Positions 10,545 to 23,579 of a stretch of 32,000 nucleotides of DNA are shown here, piece after piece. The stretch's first letter is position 1; every line of letters starts with the position of its first letter. Both the position numbers and the translations under genes were made by a program. Under the pieces are notes generated by a model, which searched no databases, had not been told where the DNA came from, and saw only the letters and a program-made list of their open reading frames with translations. Origin of the DNA: Candidatus Moranella endobia PCIT (GTDB lineage Bacteria; Pseudomonadota; Gammaproteobacteria; Enterobacterales; Enterobacteriaceae); assembly GCF_000219175.1 (NCBI RefSeq), contig NC_015735.1:390001-422000 (forward strand), given 5' to 3'.

Positions 10545-13500
10545 ATGGTAGAACCAAGTTTTATTCACCTGCACGTACACAGTGACTACTCAATGATCGA
10601 TGGGCTGGTCAAAGTTGGCCAGTTAGTAGAACAAGCGGCGTTACTGCATATGCCGGCACTGGCAATTACTGATTTTACCAATTTATGTGGACTGGTAAAA
10701 TTTTACTGCCACGCCCATGACGCCGGTATAAAGCCAATCATCGGGGCGGATTTGTTGGTGCACAGCGATATGCTGGGCGGTGAACTAGCAGAATTAACCA
10801 TTCTTGCAACAAATAATGTTGGTTATCAGCACCTGACATTACTGATTTCGAACTCCTATAAACGTGGATACGGCGCCCTCGGGCCAGTAATCGATCGAGA
10901 CTGGCTGATTGAGCATAACGAGGGCTTGATTCTGCTATCCGGTGCTCGCAAAGGGGATGTCGGTAAATACTTAGTGCGCGGTAATATAGGTGGTATATCT
11001 CAGGTTGAACGTTGCCTGGCATTCTACGAGCGCTATTTCCCGGACCGTTATTATTTAGAATTGATTCGGACCGGACGGACAGATGAAGAACATTATTTGC
11101 AAGCAGCCGTGGAGCTAGCGGCGCGCCGTGGTCTGCCGGTAGTCGCCACCAATGATGTGCGATTTATCAGCCCTGATGATTTCGAAGCTCACGAGATCCG
11201 GGTAGCTATTCATGACGGCTATACCCTTGATGATCTCAAACGGCCGCGCAATTACAGTCCGCAGCAATATCTGCGCAGCGATAAGGAGATGTGCGCACTT
11301 TTTGCTGACCTGCCAGAAGCGTTAGTTAACAGCGTAGAAATTGCCCGGCGCTGCAATGTAGTCATCCGTCTCGGTGAATATTTTCTGCCGCAGTTCCCCA
11401 CTGGTAAGATGTCAACTGATGATTATCTGGTCAAATGTGCGCGGGAAGGCCTGGAAAAAAGACTGGAATTGCAGTTTACCGATACTGATATGCGCAGTGA
11501 GAAACGCCAGATCTACTACGAACGTCTGAACATGGAGCTGCACGTGATAAACAACATGGGGTTCCCTGGTTACTTCCTCATCGTTATGGAGTTTATACAG
11601 TGGTCCAAGGATCATGGTGTACCTGTCGGGCCGGGGCGCGGATCCGGTGCGGGCTCGCTGGTGGCTTATGCGCTGAACATTACTGACCTCGACCCGCTGG
11701 CGTTCGATCTGCTGTTTGAACGTTTCCTGAACCAGGAACGCGTATCGATGCCAGATTTCGACATCGACTTCTGCATGGATAAGCGTGATATGGTGATTGA
11801 CCACGTGACAGAAACCTACGGCCGAGATGCAGTTGCGCAGATTATCACCTTTGGTACCATGGCCGCCAAAGCGGTTATCCGCGACGTCGGCCGGGTGCTA
11901 GGCTATTCTTACGGTTTTGTTGCTCGTATCGCCAAATTAGTACCGCCCGATCCAGGCATGACACTAGAAAAATCATTAGTTTTGGAGCCTAAATTGCAGG
12001 CTCTATACGACTATGACGAAGATGTCAAAGAGTTAATTGATATGGCACGCAAGCTCGAAGGAGTAACTCGCAATGCCGGCAAACACGCCGGGGGCGTAGT
12101 TATTGCACCTACTAAAATTACCGATTTCGCGCCGCTTTATTGCGACTCAGGAGGTAACCATCCCGTTACTCAATTTGATAAAAAAGATGTTGAGTACGCT
12201 GGTCTAGTGAAGTTTGACTTTCTCGGCCTGCGCACTCTGACCATAATCCATTGGGCGCTGGAAATGATTAATGCCAGGCTTGTCTGGCAGGGTCTAGCGC
12301 CTATCGATATCACAGTTATCTCGCTAGATGATCAGAAAAGTTTTGATATGCTGCAGCGCTCTGAAACCACTGCGGTATTCCAGCTTGAATCGCGCGGCAT
12401 GAAGGATCTAATAAAACGTCTGAAGCCAGACTGTTTTGAGGATATAATTGCGCTGGTAGCGCTGTTTCGTCCTGGACCGCTGCAATCGGGTATGGTGGAT
12501 AATTTTATTAACCGCAAGCACGGCCTAGAAGCCATCTCTTATCCTGATAAGAAGTGGCAACACTCTTCACTGCAACCTGTTCTAGAGTCCACTTACGGCA
12601 TCATACTTTACCAAGAACAGGTGATGCAGATAGCCCAAGTGTTGGCTGGCTATACCCTGGGCGGCGCTGACATACTGCGCTGCGCGATGGGGCAAAAGAA
12701 ACCTGCTGAAATGGAAAAACAACGCTCGGTATTTAAAGCCGGTGCGGAAAGGATAGGTGTCGATGGCGCACTTGCCATGAAGATCTTTGATCTATTAGAA
12801 AAATTCGCCGGATATGGTTTTAATAAATCCCACTCCGCCGCCTATGCGTTGGTATCATATCAAACGCTGTGGCTGAAGGCCCATTATCCCTCAGAGTTCA
12901 TGGCAGCAGTGATGACTGCAGATATGGATAATACTGAAAAGATCGTGGGGCTTGTTGACGAATGTCTGCGGATGGGCCTGAAAGTACTTACGCCTGATAT
13001 AAATAGCGGCCAGTATAATTTTCATGTTAACGAAGAGGGAGCAATAGTATACGGGATCGGCGCTATCAAAGGCATAGGTGCAGGACCTATTGAAGCAATT
13101 ATCGCGGCACGTAATCATGGTGGTCATTTCAGAGAACTGTTTGATCTGTGCGAGCGCACAGATATTAAAAAAATAAATCGCCGGGTGCTGGAAAAACTAA
13201 TTATGTCGGGAGCGTGCGATCGCCTAGGGCAACATCGCGCTGCACTGATGCATTCTCTTGATAAGGCACTAAATTCATCAAATCAGCATGCAAAAGCCGA
13301 AGCTATTGGTCAGAGCGATATGTTCGGTGTGCTGGTGAATGATCAGGATGTGATGACAGCTACCGTCAAGCCTTGGTCTGAGCAGGTGGTGCTAAATGGT
13401 GAGCGGGAAACGCTTGGCCTATATTTGACTGGTCATCCAATCAACCAATATCTGCGTGAAATTGAACGATATTCTGGCGGGGTACAGCTAAAAGATCTGC

Positions 13501-14027
13501 AAGCCACCAAGCGCGGCAAGATAGTTACCGCTGTGGGGCTGGTGCTGTCCACGCGGGTTATGGTCACTAAACGAGGCAACAAGATCGGTGTTTGTACACT
13601 AGATGATCGTTCCAGTCGGGTGGATATTATCCTATTCACAGATGTACTAGAAAAATACCAACATTTACTGGAAAAAGATCGTCTTCTGATCGCTAAGGGA
13701 TATATTGATGGTGAAGATTTAAACGGTGGCGTTAAGATGACCGTTCGCGAACTAATGGATATTAGCGAAGCACGTAAAAAATATGTGCGCGGGATTGCTA
13801 TATATTTAACCGACAGTCAAATTAATGATCAGCTGTTAAACCGTCTCCGTGTATCTTTGGAGCAGTATCGATCTGATATGATTCCAGTGCATCTATATTA
13901 TCAACGGCAAGAGGCGCGCGCGCGGCTGCGCTTTGGGGCAAACTGGCAGGTGACGCCGACCGACAATTTACTTAATGACTTACGAACCATTGTGGGACCG
14001 AAACAGGTGGAACTGGAATTTGACTAA
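10545..14027 (+). CDS. dnaE: DNA polymerase III alpha subunit
   Basis: 1160 aa, full length: [118 protein letters not shown]-terminal QVELEFD. Confidence 0.98.
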   Translation: MVEPSFIHLHVHSDYSMIDGLVKVGQLVEQAALLHMPALAITDFTNLCGLVKFYCHAHDAGIKPIIGADLLVHSDMLGGELAELTILATNNVGYQHLTLLISNSYKRGYGALGPVIDRDWLIEHNEGLILLSGARKGDVGKYLVRGNIGGISQVERCLAFYERYFPDRYYLELIRTGRTDEEHYLQAAVELAARRGLPVVATNDVRFISPDDFEAHEIRVAIHDGYTLDDLKRPRNYSPQQYLRSDKEMCALFADLPEALVNSVEIARRCNVVIRLGEYFLPQFPTGKMSTDDYLVKCAREGLEKRLELQFTDTDMRSEKRQIYYERLNMELHVINNMGFPGYFLIVMEFIQWSKDHGVPVGPGRGSGAGSLVAYALNITDLDPLAFDLLFERFLNQERVSMPDFDIDFCMDKRDMVIDHVTETYGRDAVAQIITFGTMAAKAVIRDVGRVLGYSYGFVARIAKLVPPDPGMTLEKSLVLEPKLQALYDYDEDVKELIDMARKLEGVTRNAGKHAGGVVIAPTKITDFAPLYCDSGGNHPVTQFDKKDVEYAGLVKFDFLGLRTLTIIHWALEMINARLVWQGLAPIDITVISLDDQKSFDMLQRSETTAVFQLESRGMKDLIKRLKPDCFEDIIALVALFRPGPLQSGMVDNFINRKHGLEAISYPDKKWQHSSLQPVLESTYGIILYQEQVMQIAQVLAGYTLGGADILRCAMGQKKPAEMEKQRSVFKAGAERIGVDGALAMKIFDLLEKFAGYGFNKSHSAAYALVSYQTLWLKAHYPSEFMAAVMTADMDNTEKIVGLVDECLRMGLKVLTPDINSGQYNFHVNEEGAIVYGIGAIKGIGAGPIEAIIAARNHGGHFRELFDLCERTDIKKINRRVLEKLIMSGACDRLGQHRAALMHSLDKALNSSNQHAKAEAIGQSDMFGVLVNDQDVMTATVKPWSEQVVLNGERETLGLYLTGHPINQYLREIERYSGGVQLKDLQATKRGKIVTAVGLVLSTRVMVTKRGNKIGVCTLDDRSSRVDIILFTDVLEKYQHLLEKDRLLIAKGYIDGEDLNGGVKMTVRELMDISEARKKYVRGIAIYLTDSQINDQLLNRLRVSLEQYRSDMIPVHLYYQRQEARARLRFGANWQVTPTDNLLNDLRTIVGPKQVELEFD

Positions 14028-14057
14028 TATAGGAATCTTAGGGATCTGCGGAAGATT

Positions 14058-15011
14058 ATGAGTCTGAATTTTCTTGATTTTGAACAGCCAATTGCAGATA
14101 TTGAAGCTCAAATTGATTTGTTGACCACAGTCAACCCACAAATTTTGGATCTTAATCTGGATGACGAGGTGCGGTACCTGCGTGCAAAAAGCTTGGCACT
14201 GACAAATAAAATTTTTTCTGAGCTTGGTGCTTGGCAAATTACCCAGCTTTCTCGACATCCGATGCGGCCATATACACTTGATTATGTGCAGCATATATTC
14301 ACAGATTTTGACGAATTGGCAGGCGATCGCGTCTCTGCAGATGATAAAGCCATCGTCGGCGGCATAGCGCGTCTAGATTCGCGGCCGGTAATGATCATTG
14401 GCCACCAGAAAGGGCGGGACACAAAAGATAAAATCTACCGCAACTTTGCGATGCCGGCACCTGCCGGTTATCGCAAGGCGCTGCGGCTGATGGAGATGGC
14501 AGATCGGTTCAATTTACCTCTGCTAACTTTTATTGATACACCTGGTGCTTACCCGGGTGTCGAGGCTGAAAAAAACGGCCAGTCAGAGGCGATTGCGAAA
14601 AACCTGCGTGAAATGTCTGGCCTAAGAATCCCGGTTATTTGCACTGTGATAGGCGAGGGTGGTTCCGGCGGTGCACTAGCGATTGGTGTTGGCGATAAGG
14701 TCAACATGCTGCAGTACAGCATATATTCAGTGATTTCCCCGGAAGGTTGCGCCACCATTCTGTGGAAAAGCGCCGATCAAGCACCTATCGCTGCCGAAGC
14801 TATGTGTATTATTGCCAAGCGTTTAAAAGAGCTGGATATTATCGACAACATCGTCCTAGAGCCTCTAGGTGGTGCACACCGCGATTTGCCGGCTATTGCA
14901 GCTACTCTTAAAACGAGGCTGCTGGTTGATTTGGCAGAGCTTGACGGTTTAAAAGTAGAAGAATTACTCAACCGCCGTTATCATCGTTTGATGAGTTATG
15001 GTTATTGCTGA
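14058..15011 (+). CDS. accA: Acetyl-CoA carboxylase carboxyltransferase alpha subunit
   Basis: 317 aa: [112 protein letters not shown]. Confidence 0.97.
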   Translation: MSLNFLDFEQPIADIEAQIDLLTTVNPQILDLNLDDEVRYLRAKSLALTNKIFSELGAWQITQLSRHPMRPYTLDYVQHIFTDFDELAGDRVSADDKAIVGGIARLDSRPVMIIGHQKGRDTKDKIYRNFAMPAPAGYRKALRLMEMADRFNLPLLTFIDTPGAYPGVEAEKNGQSEAIAKNLREMSGLRIPVICTVIGEGGSGGALAIGVGDKVNMLQYSIYSVISPEGCATILWKSADQAPIAAEAMCIIAKRLKELDIIDNIVLEPLGGAHRDLPAIAATLKTRLLVDLAELDGLKVEELLNRRYHRLMSYGYC

Positions 15012-15100
15012 GCTGATTGTACAGATTGATGCCAGCAGTGCTGATGCAAAAACCAAGCCTGGGTTCATGGTTGGATGGATATAGATTGACCAAACTTAAT

Positions 15101-15176
<76 letters not shown>

Positions 15177-15280
15177 AGTTCTATCTAGTTAGTAGAACTG
15201 TATGATATTAATCATACCAACTGTTGTCAACGAAGAAATGTGCTAAACTGGTAACATGTTGAAAAAAGTCCCAAGCCAAG

Positions 15281-16705
15281 CTAAATGGTCCTGGATGATT
15301 GTTGGTCAATAAAGCCTAGTGCAAAAGCGATACGCTCTAGAGACCGCGATTGACCAATCGCATGAATGGTGACGTCAAGAGCAGGTGACTTACCGGCGCC
15401 AGTTACCGCAACACGCAGCGGCATACCAATTTGGCCCATACCAATCTGCAATTCTGCCGCCGTTTGTTCGATGGCACCATGCACTGAGGCTGGCGTCCAT
15501 TCCACAATGTTCTCCAGTTTAACACGCACCGCTTGCAGCACCGGCGCAGCAAGCGGGCGTAAATGATTATTGGCTGCTTCTACATCAAATTCACAGAAAT
15601 CCTCGTAGAAATAGCGGCATCTAACTGCCATATCCTTCAGGGTTTTGCAACTTTTGCCCAATATTTGTACTAGCTCTGCCAATTTAGGTCCGGTGCTAGT
15701 ATTAATTACTTGCTGCTCAATATGCCACATGAGATGAGTAGCGACGTATTCGGCGGGCAAATGATTGATGTAATAGTGATTGTACCACAGCAGTTTTTTG
15801 GTATTGAACGTGCTGGATGATTTACTTACTGCAGTGAGGCTGAACAGCTGCTTCATTTCGTCAACGCTGAAAATTTCCTGGTCACCATGGGACCAACCAA
15901 GGCGCAACAGATAGTTCAGCAGTGCTTCTGGCAGAATGCCGTCATCGCGATACTGCATAATACCAACCGCGCCATGGCGTTTAGATAGTTTGCAACCGTC
16001 GGCGCCCAAAATCATCGAAACATGGGCATAATCAGGCACCGGCGCGCCCAAAGCTTTAAGAATATTGATCTGCCTGGGCGTATTATTGATATGGTCCTCA
16101 CCGCGGATCACATGAGTAATAGCCATATCGAAATCATCGATTACTACGCATAAATTATAGGTTGGTGAGCCATCGGTGCGGCGGATGATTAGATCATCCA
16201 GCTCCTTGTTCTTGAATTCGATAGGTCCGCGAATAAGATCATGAAAGATGACCGAACCGTCCGGCGGATTGCTAAAACGCACAACGTATGGTTCATCAGA
16301 GGGGTGATGGTTATGGACGTAGCTGTAACGACAGCGTCTATCGTAACAAGGTTTCTCGCCAAGGGCTATCTGAGCCTCACGTAACGTTTCCAGTCGCTCT
16401 TTTGAGCAATAGCATTTATAGGCTGTACCTTTTGATAGCATGTTTTCAATGACGGTGTTATAACGGTCGAAACGTGTTGTCTGAACATAAGGGCCTTCGT
16501 CCCAGTCCAGGTTGAGCCAAGTCATACTGTCCATAATGGCCTCAATCGCTGGTTGCGTTGAGCGCTCCAGGTCGGTGTCATCAATGCGCAGCACGAACTT
16601 GCCTCCTGTATTATGGGCGAATAGCCATGAATAAAGCGCAGTCCGCGCACCACCAAGATGCAAATAACCCGTGGGGCTGGGCGCAAAGCGTGTTTTAATT
16701 TTCAT
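15281..16705 (-). CDS. gltX: Glutamyl-tRNA synthetase
   Basis: 474 aa: [87 protein letters not shown]. Confidence 0.98.
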   Translation of the reverse strand: MKIKTRFAPSPTGYLHLGGARTALYSWLFAHNTGGKFVLRIDDTDLERSTQPAIEAIMDSMTWLNLDWDEGPYVQTTRFDRYNTVIENMLSKGTAYKCYCSKERLETLREAQIALGEKPCYDRRCRYSYVHNHHPSDEPYVVRFSNPPDGSVIFHDLIRGPIEFKNKELDDLIIRRTDGSPTYNLCVVIDDFDMAITHVIRGEDHINNTPRQINILKALGAPVPDYAHVSMILGADGCKLSKRHGAVGIMQYRDDGILPEALLNYLLRLGWSHGDQEIFSVDEMKQLFSLTAVSKSSSTFNTKKLLWYNHYYINHLPAEYVATHLMWHIEQQVINTSTGPKLAELVQILGKSCKTLKDMAVRCRYFYEDFCEFDVEAANNHLRPLAAPVLQAVRVKLENIVEWTPASVHGAIEQTAAELQIGMGQIGMPLRVAVTGAGKSPALDVTIHAIGQSRSLERIAFALGFIDQQSSRTI

Positions 16706-16862
16706 CAGCTACATTGTTTGCCAAGAAGACTCTCAAAATTGTTTAGGTTATGATGGTGCGAAATTGAACATATTATATACCACTGATGGAATAATTAACA
16801 ATGCTTGTCATACTACTCAGTAGGGATAATGTTAAGATAAACAAAAAAATACTGGAAAATCG

Positions 16863-16890
16863 TTGACTCATGCCAGCAGTTACCTATAAT
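16863..16890 (+). promoter_or_regulatory. Probable sigma-70 promoter of the tRNA-Val/tRNA-Lys operon
   Basis: TTGACT, 16-nt spacer, TATAAT, ending about 21 nt before the tRNA-Val 5' end. Confidence 0.75.
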
Positions 16891-16911
16891 TAATGTGACC
16901 CAACACAGTTA

Positions 16912-16987
16912 GGGTGATTAGCTCAGCTGGGAGAGCACCTCCCTTACAAGGAGGGGGTCGGCGGTTCGATCCCGTCATCACCCATCA
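16912..16987 (+). tRNA. tRNA-Val (anticodon TAC), 3' end reads TCA instead of CCA
   Basis: GGGTGATTAGCTCAGCTGGGAGAGCACCTCCCTTACAAGGAGGGGGTCGGCGGTTCGATCCCGTCATCACCCA followed by TCA; complete cloverleaf. Confidence 0.97.
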
Positions 16988-17006
16988 ATTATTATATATT
17001 TTAACT

Positions 17007-17082
17007 GGGTCGTTAGCTCAGTTGGTAGAGCAGTTGACTTTTAATCAATTGGTCGCCGGTTCGATTCCTGCACGACCCACCA
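17007..17082 (+). tRNA. tRNA-Lys (anticodon TTT)
   Basis: GGGTCGTTAGCTCAGTTGGTAGAGCAGTTGACTTTTAATCAATTGGTCGCCGGTTCGATTCCTGCACGACCCACCA; complete cloverleaf with encoded CCA. Confidence 0.98.
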
Positions 17083-17662
17083 AGAATGTTAAGCATGTAC
17101 CCATACGATAGATGATAGATATATTATATCGGTCGATCCATGGATCAGATCGATCAATTAATTACTGGCCTTGAGTGGACTATCTTCCACATGGTGTGGA
17201 GGTTTCGACCCATATCCCAGGTTACGTCCGATCGTGGTAACTACTTTCATAACAAAAGTTACTTTGTGTGCTTGCCAAGCGCAAGTTGAATATATGCTTG
17301 CCATCATCCATCAATCTAACGCCTAAATAATTAACAACTATTAGCGGTGCATCATAGTACATACCCCGGAAAATTTATTCTTACCATCTAGACGATGTCG
17401 CCGTGAAATTATTAAGAATATGTTACCTAACAGCTAAATCCCTATTTGCTGATTTCATTTGCCTGCGCGACTATGCGTACTCTACGCTCGAAAGTTAGCA
17501 AACTCGTGTTTATTCAAAAAATACATTGACAATTCATCTAACGTGAATAGAACTGAAGAATTAATAGCATTATCGATGTGCAAAACTTGAAAAAAAGCCG
17601 CTAAGACCACAGATCATGATATGGTAATAGTGGTGATTATTTTCTGGGAACCTTGCATTGTT

Positions 17663-18544
17663 ATGCTACGTATTGTTCTTTTACTGCTTACTAACCTGTC
17701 TGTGATGATAGTTTTCGGTGTTGTACTCAGCTTCACCGGAATTCAGTCCTCTAGTGTTGCCGCATTCATGACAATGGTTGGATTATTCGGTTTCGGCGGC
17801 TCATGTGTGTCACTATTAATGTCAAAATGCATTGCGCTGCGCACAGTTGGGGGCGAAGTAATTGATAAACCGCGTAATGAGACCGAATGCTGGCTTGTGC
17901 ATACTGTTAGCCAGCAAGCGCAACAAGCAAATGTTGCCATGCCACAAGTAGCTATTTACCACGCACTCGATATCAATGCTTTTGCTACTGGTGCCTGTCG
18001 TGATGCGTCGCTGGTAGCAGTAAGTACTGGACTACTGCATAATATGAGCCGCGACGAGGCCGAAGCGGTCATCGCGCATGAAATTAGCCATATAGCAAAT
18101 GGCGATATGGTGACCATGACCCTGATCCAGGGTGTGGTTAATGTCTGTGTTATTTTTTTATCTCGTCTCCTAGCACAGTTGTCAGCAGGTTTCATGTCGT
18201 CAGTCAGCGAAAACGTGGAAAATGGTAATGGTAGCCAGCTATTGTATTGTATCTCCATGGTGCTGGAATTAGTATTCGGCATACTAGCTAGTATAATCAC
18301 TCTTTGGTTCTCACGTACTAGAGAATTCTACGCCGATGCTGGTTCAGCAAGGTTGGTAGGGCGAGATAAAATGATAGCGGCTCTGCAACATCTAAAAATA
18401 AGTTATGAGCCGCAGACAGCCAGCAACATGATAGCGTTGTGTATTCATGGTCGTCGTCACAATGCGGTTAGTGAACTATTTATGTCCCATCCTACGCTGG
18501 AGAAACGGATTGATGCACTACGTTCCCGCGCCTATCTAAAATAA
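17663..18544 (+). CDS. htpX: Membrane protease HtpX
   Basis: [45 protein letters not shown], zinc motif [52 protein letters not shown] at 17663 is preferred over the tracked upstream start. Confidence 0.96.
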   Translation: MLRIVLLLLTNLSVMIVFGVVLSFTGIQSSSVAAFMTMVGLFGFGGSCVSLLMSKCIALRTVGGEVIDKPRNETECWLVHTVSQQAQQANVAMPQVAIYHALDINAFATGACRDASLVAVSTGLLHNMSRDEAEAVIAHEISHIANGDMVTMTLIQGVVNVCVIFLSRLLAQLSAGFMSSVSENVENGNGSQLLYCISMVLELVFGILASIITLWFSRTREFYADAGSARLVGRDKMIAALQHLKISYEPQTASNMIALCIHGRRHNAVSELFMSHPTLEKRIDALRSRAYLK

Positions 18545-18602
18545 AATTTTGCTGGTGTCGCCGTTGCAGTTACGTGTTTCCTAGGTTATTATGTATGGTC
18601 TC

Positions 18603-18631
18603 CTTATTAGGAGATTTAGGAGACTAATAAG
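18603..18631. repeat. Inverted repeat CTTATTAG-N13-CTAATAAG (8-bp stem)
   Basis: Direct reading about 60 nt downstream of the htpX stop; possible hairpin, no clear U tract. Confidence 0.6.
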
Positions 18632-19049
18632 TCGCACGCGTTACTGCCAAATAAGATCGTCAAGGTTACGGCTAAGATAATAGATAACGTAACTACAAGC
18701 GGTTTTTTTTTACCTCGTAACTTTTTACACATAACGTAATTGCTCGGCTAAAATAATTAGAAATACTATCCCGTTATATTAATAACGGAAAGTATGGTGG
18801 CAATAAAATAATCCATCGTTGTACTTGAAAAGGATGCTTCTATCCCCCAATTAATTGAGGATGGTGATGGTGTCATGCATGTTAGTGGTAGTGGTAAAAA
18901 TTGCAGACAATAGCCTAAGCCTCAGAGCCTAGCGGAACGGAGACATCGCACTGTCCCACTGAGCATGATTAGAATTATCATGCGGCGAAATTTTTATTTT
19001 TTTCAGCGATGCTAATTATCAGCGGTAATAGTAATAAGGTAACTTTGCT

Positions 19050-19634
19050 ATGGCCCTAGTGCCAATGGTGGTAGAACAGACTTCACGCGGAGAGCGTTCA
19101 TACGATATTTTTTCTCGCCTATTAAAAGACAGGATTATCTTCATGACCGGTCCGGTCGAAGAATATATGGCAGATTTGATTGTCGCGCAGTTGATGTTTT
19201 TAGAAGCGGAAAACCCAGAAAAGGATATCTGTCTTTACATCAACTCACCGGGCGGGGTTATTACTGCCGGTATGTCGATATATGACACCATGCAATTCTT
19301 AAAACCGGATATCAGCACGTTCTGCCTGGGACAGGCAGCATCCATGGGTGCTTTTTTGCTGGCAGCCGGTGCTAAGGGCAAGCGTTTCTGTCTACCTAAT
19401 TCTCGCATTATGATTCATCAGCCATTGGGTGGCTTTCATGGTCAGGCCACCGATATTGAAATTCACGCCAGGGAAATCCTAAAAGTAAAGGTAAGGATGA
19501 ATGAATTGATGGCCAAACATACGGGTCAGTCTCTTGACGTGATAGAGCGTGATACTGAACGCGACCGTTTCCTCTCAGCACCTGAGGCATTAGACTATGG
19601 AATAGTGGATTACGTACTTAGTCAGCGCGCGTAA
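19050..19634 (+). CDS. clpP: ATP-dependent Clp protease proteolytic subunit
   Basis: 194 aa: [36 protein letters not shown], catalytic [11 protein letters not shown] and [23 protein letters not shown]. Confidence 0.98.
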   Translation: MALVPMVVEQTSRGERSYDIFSRLLKDRIIFMTGPVEEYMADLIVAQLMFLEAENPEKDICLYINSPGGVITAGMSIYDTMQFLKPDISTFCLGQAASMGAFLLAAGAKGKRFCLPNSRIMIHQPLGGFHGQATDIEIHAREILKVKVRMNELMAKHTGQSLDVIERDTERDRFLSAPEALDYGIVDYVLSQRA

Positions 19635-19728
19635 TTGCTTCAGTCGTGCGTCAGCATCCGTGATGCTCTAGTTGCGTGCCGCCATGGTGTTCTGCCGTAC
19701 CAAGATCCCTACAGAGGGTTACTGATTG

Positions 19729-20988
19729 ATGATAGGTAAGCACAAAGACGGTTCAGACAAGTTGTTGTATTGCTCTTTCTGTGGTAAAAGCCAGCATGAG
19801 GTGCAGAAACTGATTGCTGGACCGTCGGTGTATATCTGCGATGAATGTATAGACCTATGCAACGATATTCTCCGCGAAGAGATAAAGCAAGTTACGCCGA
19901 ACGTTGAACGTAGCGCGTTGCCGACGCCCTCTGAAATTAGGCATAATCTTGATCATTATGTCATTGGGCAGGAAACAGCCAAAAAAGTACTCGCGGTAGC
20001 GGTTTATAATCACTATAAGCGTCTACACCATGGTGCTAAAAATAACGGAATAGAACTGGGTAAAAGCAATATTTTGCTTATTGGTCCTACTGGCAGCGGA
20101 AAAACTTTGTTGGCAGAAACTTTGGCCCGCTTCTTGGATGTACCTTTCACCATGGCAGATGCTACGACCTTGACAGAAGCTGGATACGTTGGTGAGGATG
20201 TGGAAAACATCATCCAGAAACTATTGCAAAAATGCGATTACGACATACAAAAAGCGCAGCTCGGCGTTGTCTATATTGATGAGATCGACAAAATATCTCG
20301 TAAATCTGATCACCCTTCCATTACTCGAGACGTTTCTGGTGAGGGGGTACAGCAGGCGCTACTGAAACTGATAGAAGGCACCGTAGCCGCGGTGCCACCA
20401 CAGGGTGGTCGTAAACATCCTCAGCAAGAATTTCTGCAAGTTGATACTTCGAAAATTCTGTTTATCTGCGGCGGTGCTTTCGCCGGGCTAGATAAAGTGA
20501 TTAAACAGCGCACTGAAATAAACCGTGGCATCGGTTTTAACGCTACCGTGAACAGTAGTTCTGGGAAAGTAGCCAAAGACGAACTGCTGGCACAAATGGA
20601 GCCGGAGGACCTGATTAAGTTCGGACTGATCCCTGAATTCATTGGCAGATTGCCAGTCGTGGCAACGCTGAGTGAATTAAGCGAAGAAGCACTGATCCAG
20701 ATCCTGCTCGAGCCGAAAAACGCGCTAACTAAACAGTATCAGGCGTTGTTCAATATGGAAGGCGTTGAGCTGGAATTCAGCAATGAAGCACTTGTAGCCA
20801 TTGCCAAAAAAGCCATAACGCGTAAAACCGGTGCCCGCGGCCTCCGCTCAATAGTCGAGAGCGCACTATTGGAAACAATGTATGAACTGCCTTCTCAGTG
20901 CGGCGTTGAAAAAGTAGTAGTCGATGCCGCGGTAATTACCGGCCAATCTGAGCCATTGCTTATCTACAAGACCAGCAAGAATGCGTAG
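19729..20988 (+). CDS. clpX: ATP-dependent Clp protease ATPase subunit ClpX
   Basis: Zinc-binding [35 protein letters not shown], Walker [48 protein letters not shown]. Confidence 0.98.
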   Translation: MIGKHKDGSDKLLYCSFCGKSQHEVQKLIAGPSVYICDECIDLCNDILREEIKQVTPNVERSALPTPSEIRHNLDHYVIGQETAKKVLAVAVYNHYKRLHHGAKNNGIELGKSNILLIGPTGSGKTLLAETLARFLDVPFTMADATTLTEAGYVGEDVENIIQKLLQKCDYDIQKAQLGVVYIDEIDKISRKSDHPSITRDVSGEGVQQALLKLIEGTVAAVPPQGGRKHPQQEFLQVDTSKILFICGGAFAGLDKVIKQRTEINRGIGFNATVNSSSGKVAKDELLAQMEPEDLIKFGLIPEFIGRLPVVATLSELSEEALIQILLEPKNALTKQYQALFNMEGVELEFSNEALVAIAKKAITRKTGARGLRSIVESALLETMYELPSQCGVEKVVVDAAVITGQSEPLLIYKTSKNA

Positions 20989-21148
20989 CTGGAATCCAGC
21001 GCAGAACGTGGATGTTGGGCGGCGCAGGCCAGTACTACCAGTCAGTATTCAGAGCTAGCATCTAAACTGGGTGGTTATCCTTCCACTGGCAAAAGGCAAG
21101 CTTTTTTGTGCATATGTTGTACTTTTTCCATCACTAAGAGAGAGTTCT

Positions 21149-23503
21149 ATGAATGCTGAACGTTCTGAACAAATAGAAATGCCCGTGTTGCCTCTGCGCG
21201 ATGTTGTTGTATATCCGCATATGGTCATCCCGCTCTTTGTAGGCCGGGAAAAGTCTATTCAGTGTCTTGAAGCAGCAATGAACGCTAATAAAAAAATAAT
21301 ATTAGTTGCTCAGAAAGAAGCATCAACCGATGAACCGAGTATTAACGATCTTTTTTTAGTTGGAACGTTATCGGCAATTTTGCAAATGCTGAAACTGCCA
21401 GATGGCACGGTCAAAGTACTGGTAGAAGGCTTGACCCGCGCCCGTATCAAGGCACTGGCAGATAATGGCGATTACTTTACTGCTGAAGCTGGTTATTTCG
21501 AATCACCTGAACTAGATGAGCGCGAGCAAATAGTGCTAGTACGTACAGCAATCAAGCAATTTGAAGACTATATCAAACTGAACAAGAAAATACCGCCAGA
21601 AGTACTGACATCGCTAAATAGCATCATCGATGCTGCTTGTCTGGCCGACACTATTGCCGCCCATATGCCGCTGAAGTTAGCCGACAAGCAGTCAGTGTTG
21701 GAAATGGTCGATGTTACCGAGCGGATGGAATACCTGATGGCGATGATGGAGTCTGAAATAGATCTGCTACAGGTGGAGAAACGTCTCCGCAATCGTGTTA
21801 AAAAACAGATGGAAAAGAGCCAACGCGAGTACTATCTGAATGAGCAGATGAAAGCTATTCAGAAAGAACTTGGTGAGATGGACGAATCCCTAGATGAGCA
21901 CGAAGCGCTGAAGAGTAAGATAGATGCGGCCAGAATGCCGCAGGAAGCCAGTGAAAAAACCAAAGCGGAACTTCGGAAATTGAAAATGATGTCGCCGATG
22001 TCAGCTGAGGCGACCGGTGTACGTAGCTACATAGATTGGATGCTATCGGTACCCTGGCATGCGCGCAGCAAAGTTAAAAAAGACCTGCTAAAGGCACAGG
22101 AGATCCTGGATAGGGATCATTATGGTCTAGAACCAGTAAAAGACCGCATTCTAGAATATCTAGCTGTGCAGAGTAGAGTTAGTAAAATCAAAGGACCTAT
22201 CTTGTGTTTGGTAGGCCCGCCTGGAGTAGGTAAAACCTCGCTAGGAAAGTCCATAGCAAAGGCTACCGGCCGTCAGTATGTACGCATGGCACTGGGCGGA
22301 TTGCGCGATGAAGCGGAAATACGCGGGCACCGTCGTACTTATATCGGTTCTATGCCTGGTAAACTTGTACAAAAAATATCCAAAATTGGCGTAAAAAACC
22401 CGTTGTTTCTTCTAGACGAAATCGACAAGATGTCTGCCGATATGCGCGGCGATCCAGCATCTGCACTACTAGAAGTATTAGATCCAGAACAAAATGTGGC
22501 GTTTAACGACCATTACTTGGAAGTGGACTATGATCTTTCCGACGTGCTGTTTATTACTACTTCCAACTCAATGAATATCCCGGCGCCTCTGCTCGATCGT
22601 ATGGAAGTGATCCGCCTGTCAGGTTACACCGAAGAAGAAAAACTAAACATTGCCCAACAATATCTGTTGCCTAAGCAGCTTAATCGCAATGCACTGAAAA
22701 AAGGAGAATTGACGGTAGAAGATAGTGCTTTGTTGGGCATTCTCCGCTACTATACCCGCGAAGCGGGGGTACGCGGCTTGGAGCGGGAAATTTCTAAATT
22801 GTGCCGCAAATCTGTGAAAAACCTACTGATTGATAAGAAAACCAAACATATCGCTATTAGCTCAGACAATCTGCCGGAATTCCTAGGTGTTCATCGCTTT
22901 AGTTGCTTACGCGCGGAAGGGGAAAATCGTATTGGTCAGGTGTCCGGTTTAGCTTGGACAGAGGTAGGTGGCGAGCTGCTAACCATTGAAACAGCGTGTA
23001 TTCCCGGCAAAGGTAAACTGACTTATACCGGTTCGCTAGGGGAAGTAATGCAGGAGTCAATTCAGGCAGCGTTAACCGTGGTCCGTGCGCGTACTGACCA
23101 GCTAGGAATTGATCCAGACTTCTATGAAAAGCGCGATATACATGTACATGTACCGGAAGGAGCAACGCCAAAAGACGGTCCTAGTGCTGGTATTACAATG
23201 TGTACCGCGCTCGTTTCCTGCTTAACTAGTAATCCAGTCCGGTCCAATGTGGCGATGACGGGCGAAATTACCCTGCGCGGTCAGGTGCTTCCTATTGGGG
23301 GACTGAAGGAAAAATTACTAGCTGCACACCGTAGCGGTATAAAAACTGTGCTTATTCCATTTGAGAATAATCGTGACCTAGAAGAAATACCTGGCAACGT
23401 GATAAAAGACTTGGACATTCATCCGGTTCAGCGTATCGATGAGGTGTTAAATTTAGCGTTACAGAATTCTCCGTTCAAGAACAAAATTGGCATTCAACTT
23501 TAA
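21149..23503 (+). CDS. lon: ATP-dependent protease Lon
   Basis: 784 aa from the internal ATG, same length as E. coli: [42 protein letters not shown], catalytic PKDGPSAG and [15 protein letters not shown]. The upstream 26 codons in the ORF track are probably untranslated; GAGAG precedes the ATG. Confidence 0.98.
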   Translation: MNAERSEQIEMPVLPLRDVVVYPHMVIPLFVGREKSIQCLEAAMNANKKIILVAQKEASTDEPSINDLFLVGTLSAILQMLKLPDGTVKVLVEGLTRARIKALADNGDYFTAEAGYFESPELDEREQIVLVRTAIKQFEDYIKLNKKIPPEVLTSLNSIIDAACLADTIAAHMPLKLADKQSVLEMVDVTERMEYLMAMMESEIDLLQVEKRLRNRVKKQMEKSQREYYLNEQMKAIQKELGEMDESLDEHEALKSKIDAARMPQEASEKTKAELRKLKMMSPMSAEATGVRSYIDWMLSVPWHARSKVKKDLLKAQEILDRDHYGLEPVKDRILEYLAVQSRVSKIKGPILCLVGPPGVGKTSLGKSIAKATGRQYVRMALGGLRDEAEIRGHRRTYIGSMPGKLVQKISKIGVKNPLFLLDEIDKMSADMRGDPASALLEVLDPEQNVAFNDHYLEVDYDLSDVLFITTSNSMNIPAPLLDRMEVIRLSGYTEEEKLNIAQQYLLPKQLNRNALKKGELTVEDSALLGILRYYTREAGVRGLEREISKLCRKSVKNLLIDKKTKHIAISSDNLPEFLGVHRFSCLRAEGENRIGQVSGLAWTEVGGELLTIETACIPGKGKLTYTGSLGEVMQESIQAALTVVRARTDQLGIDPDFYEKRDIHVHVPEGATPKDGPSAGITMCTALVSCLTSNPVRSNVAMTGEITLRGQVLPIGGLKEKLLAAHRSGIKTVLIPFENNRDLEEIPGNVIKDLDIHPVQRIDEVLNLALQNSPFKNKIGIQL

Positions 23504-23579
23504 CTATAAAAGTAACGTGAACGGGCTTGGAAGCTGTGAAAGTTAAGCAGATAACATCCAAAGATAGATACAACATTAT

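Noticed and set aside
11412-11804. 130-aa minus-strand ORF inside dnaE
   Set aside because: Antisense to a highly conserved dnaE segment; no independent start context or domain.
21000-21148. Possible heat-shock promoter upstream of lon
   Set aside because: No convincing CTTGAA/CCCCAT pair with suitable spacing was found by eye.
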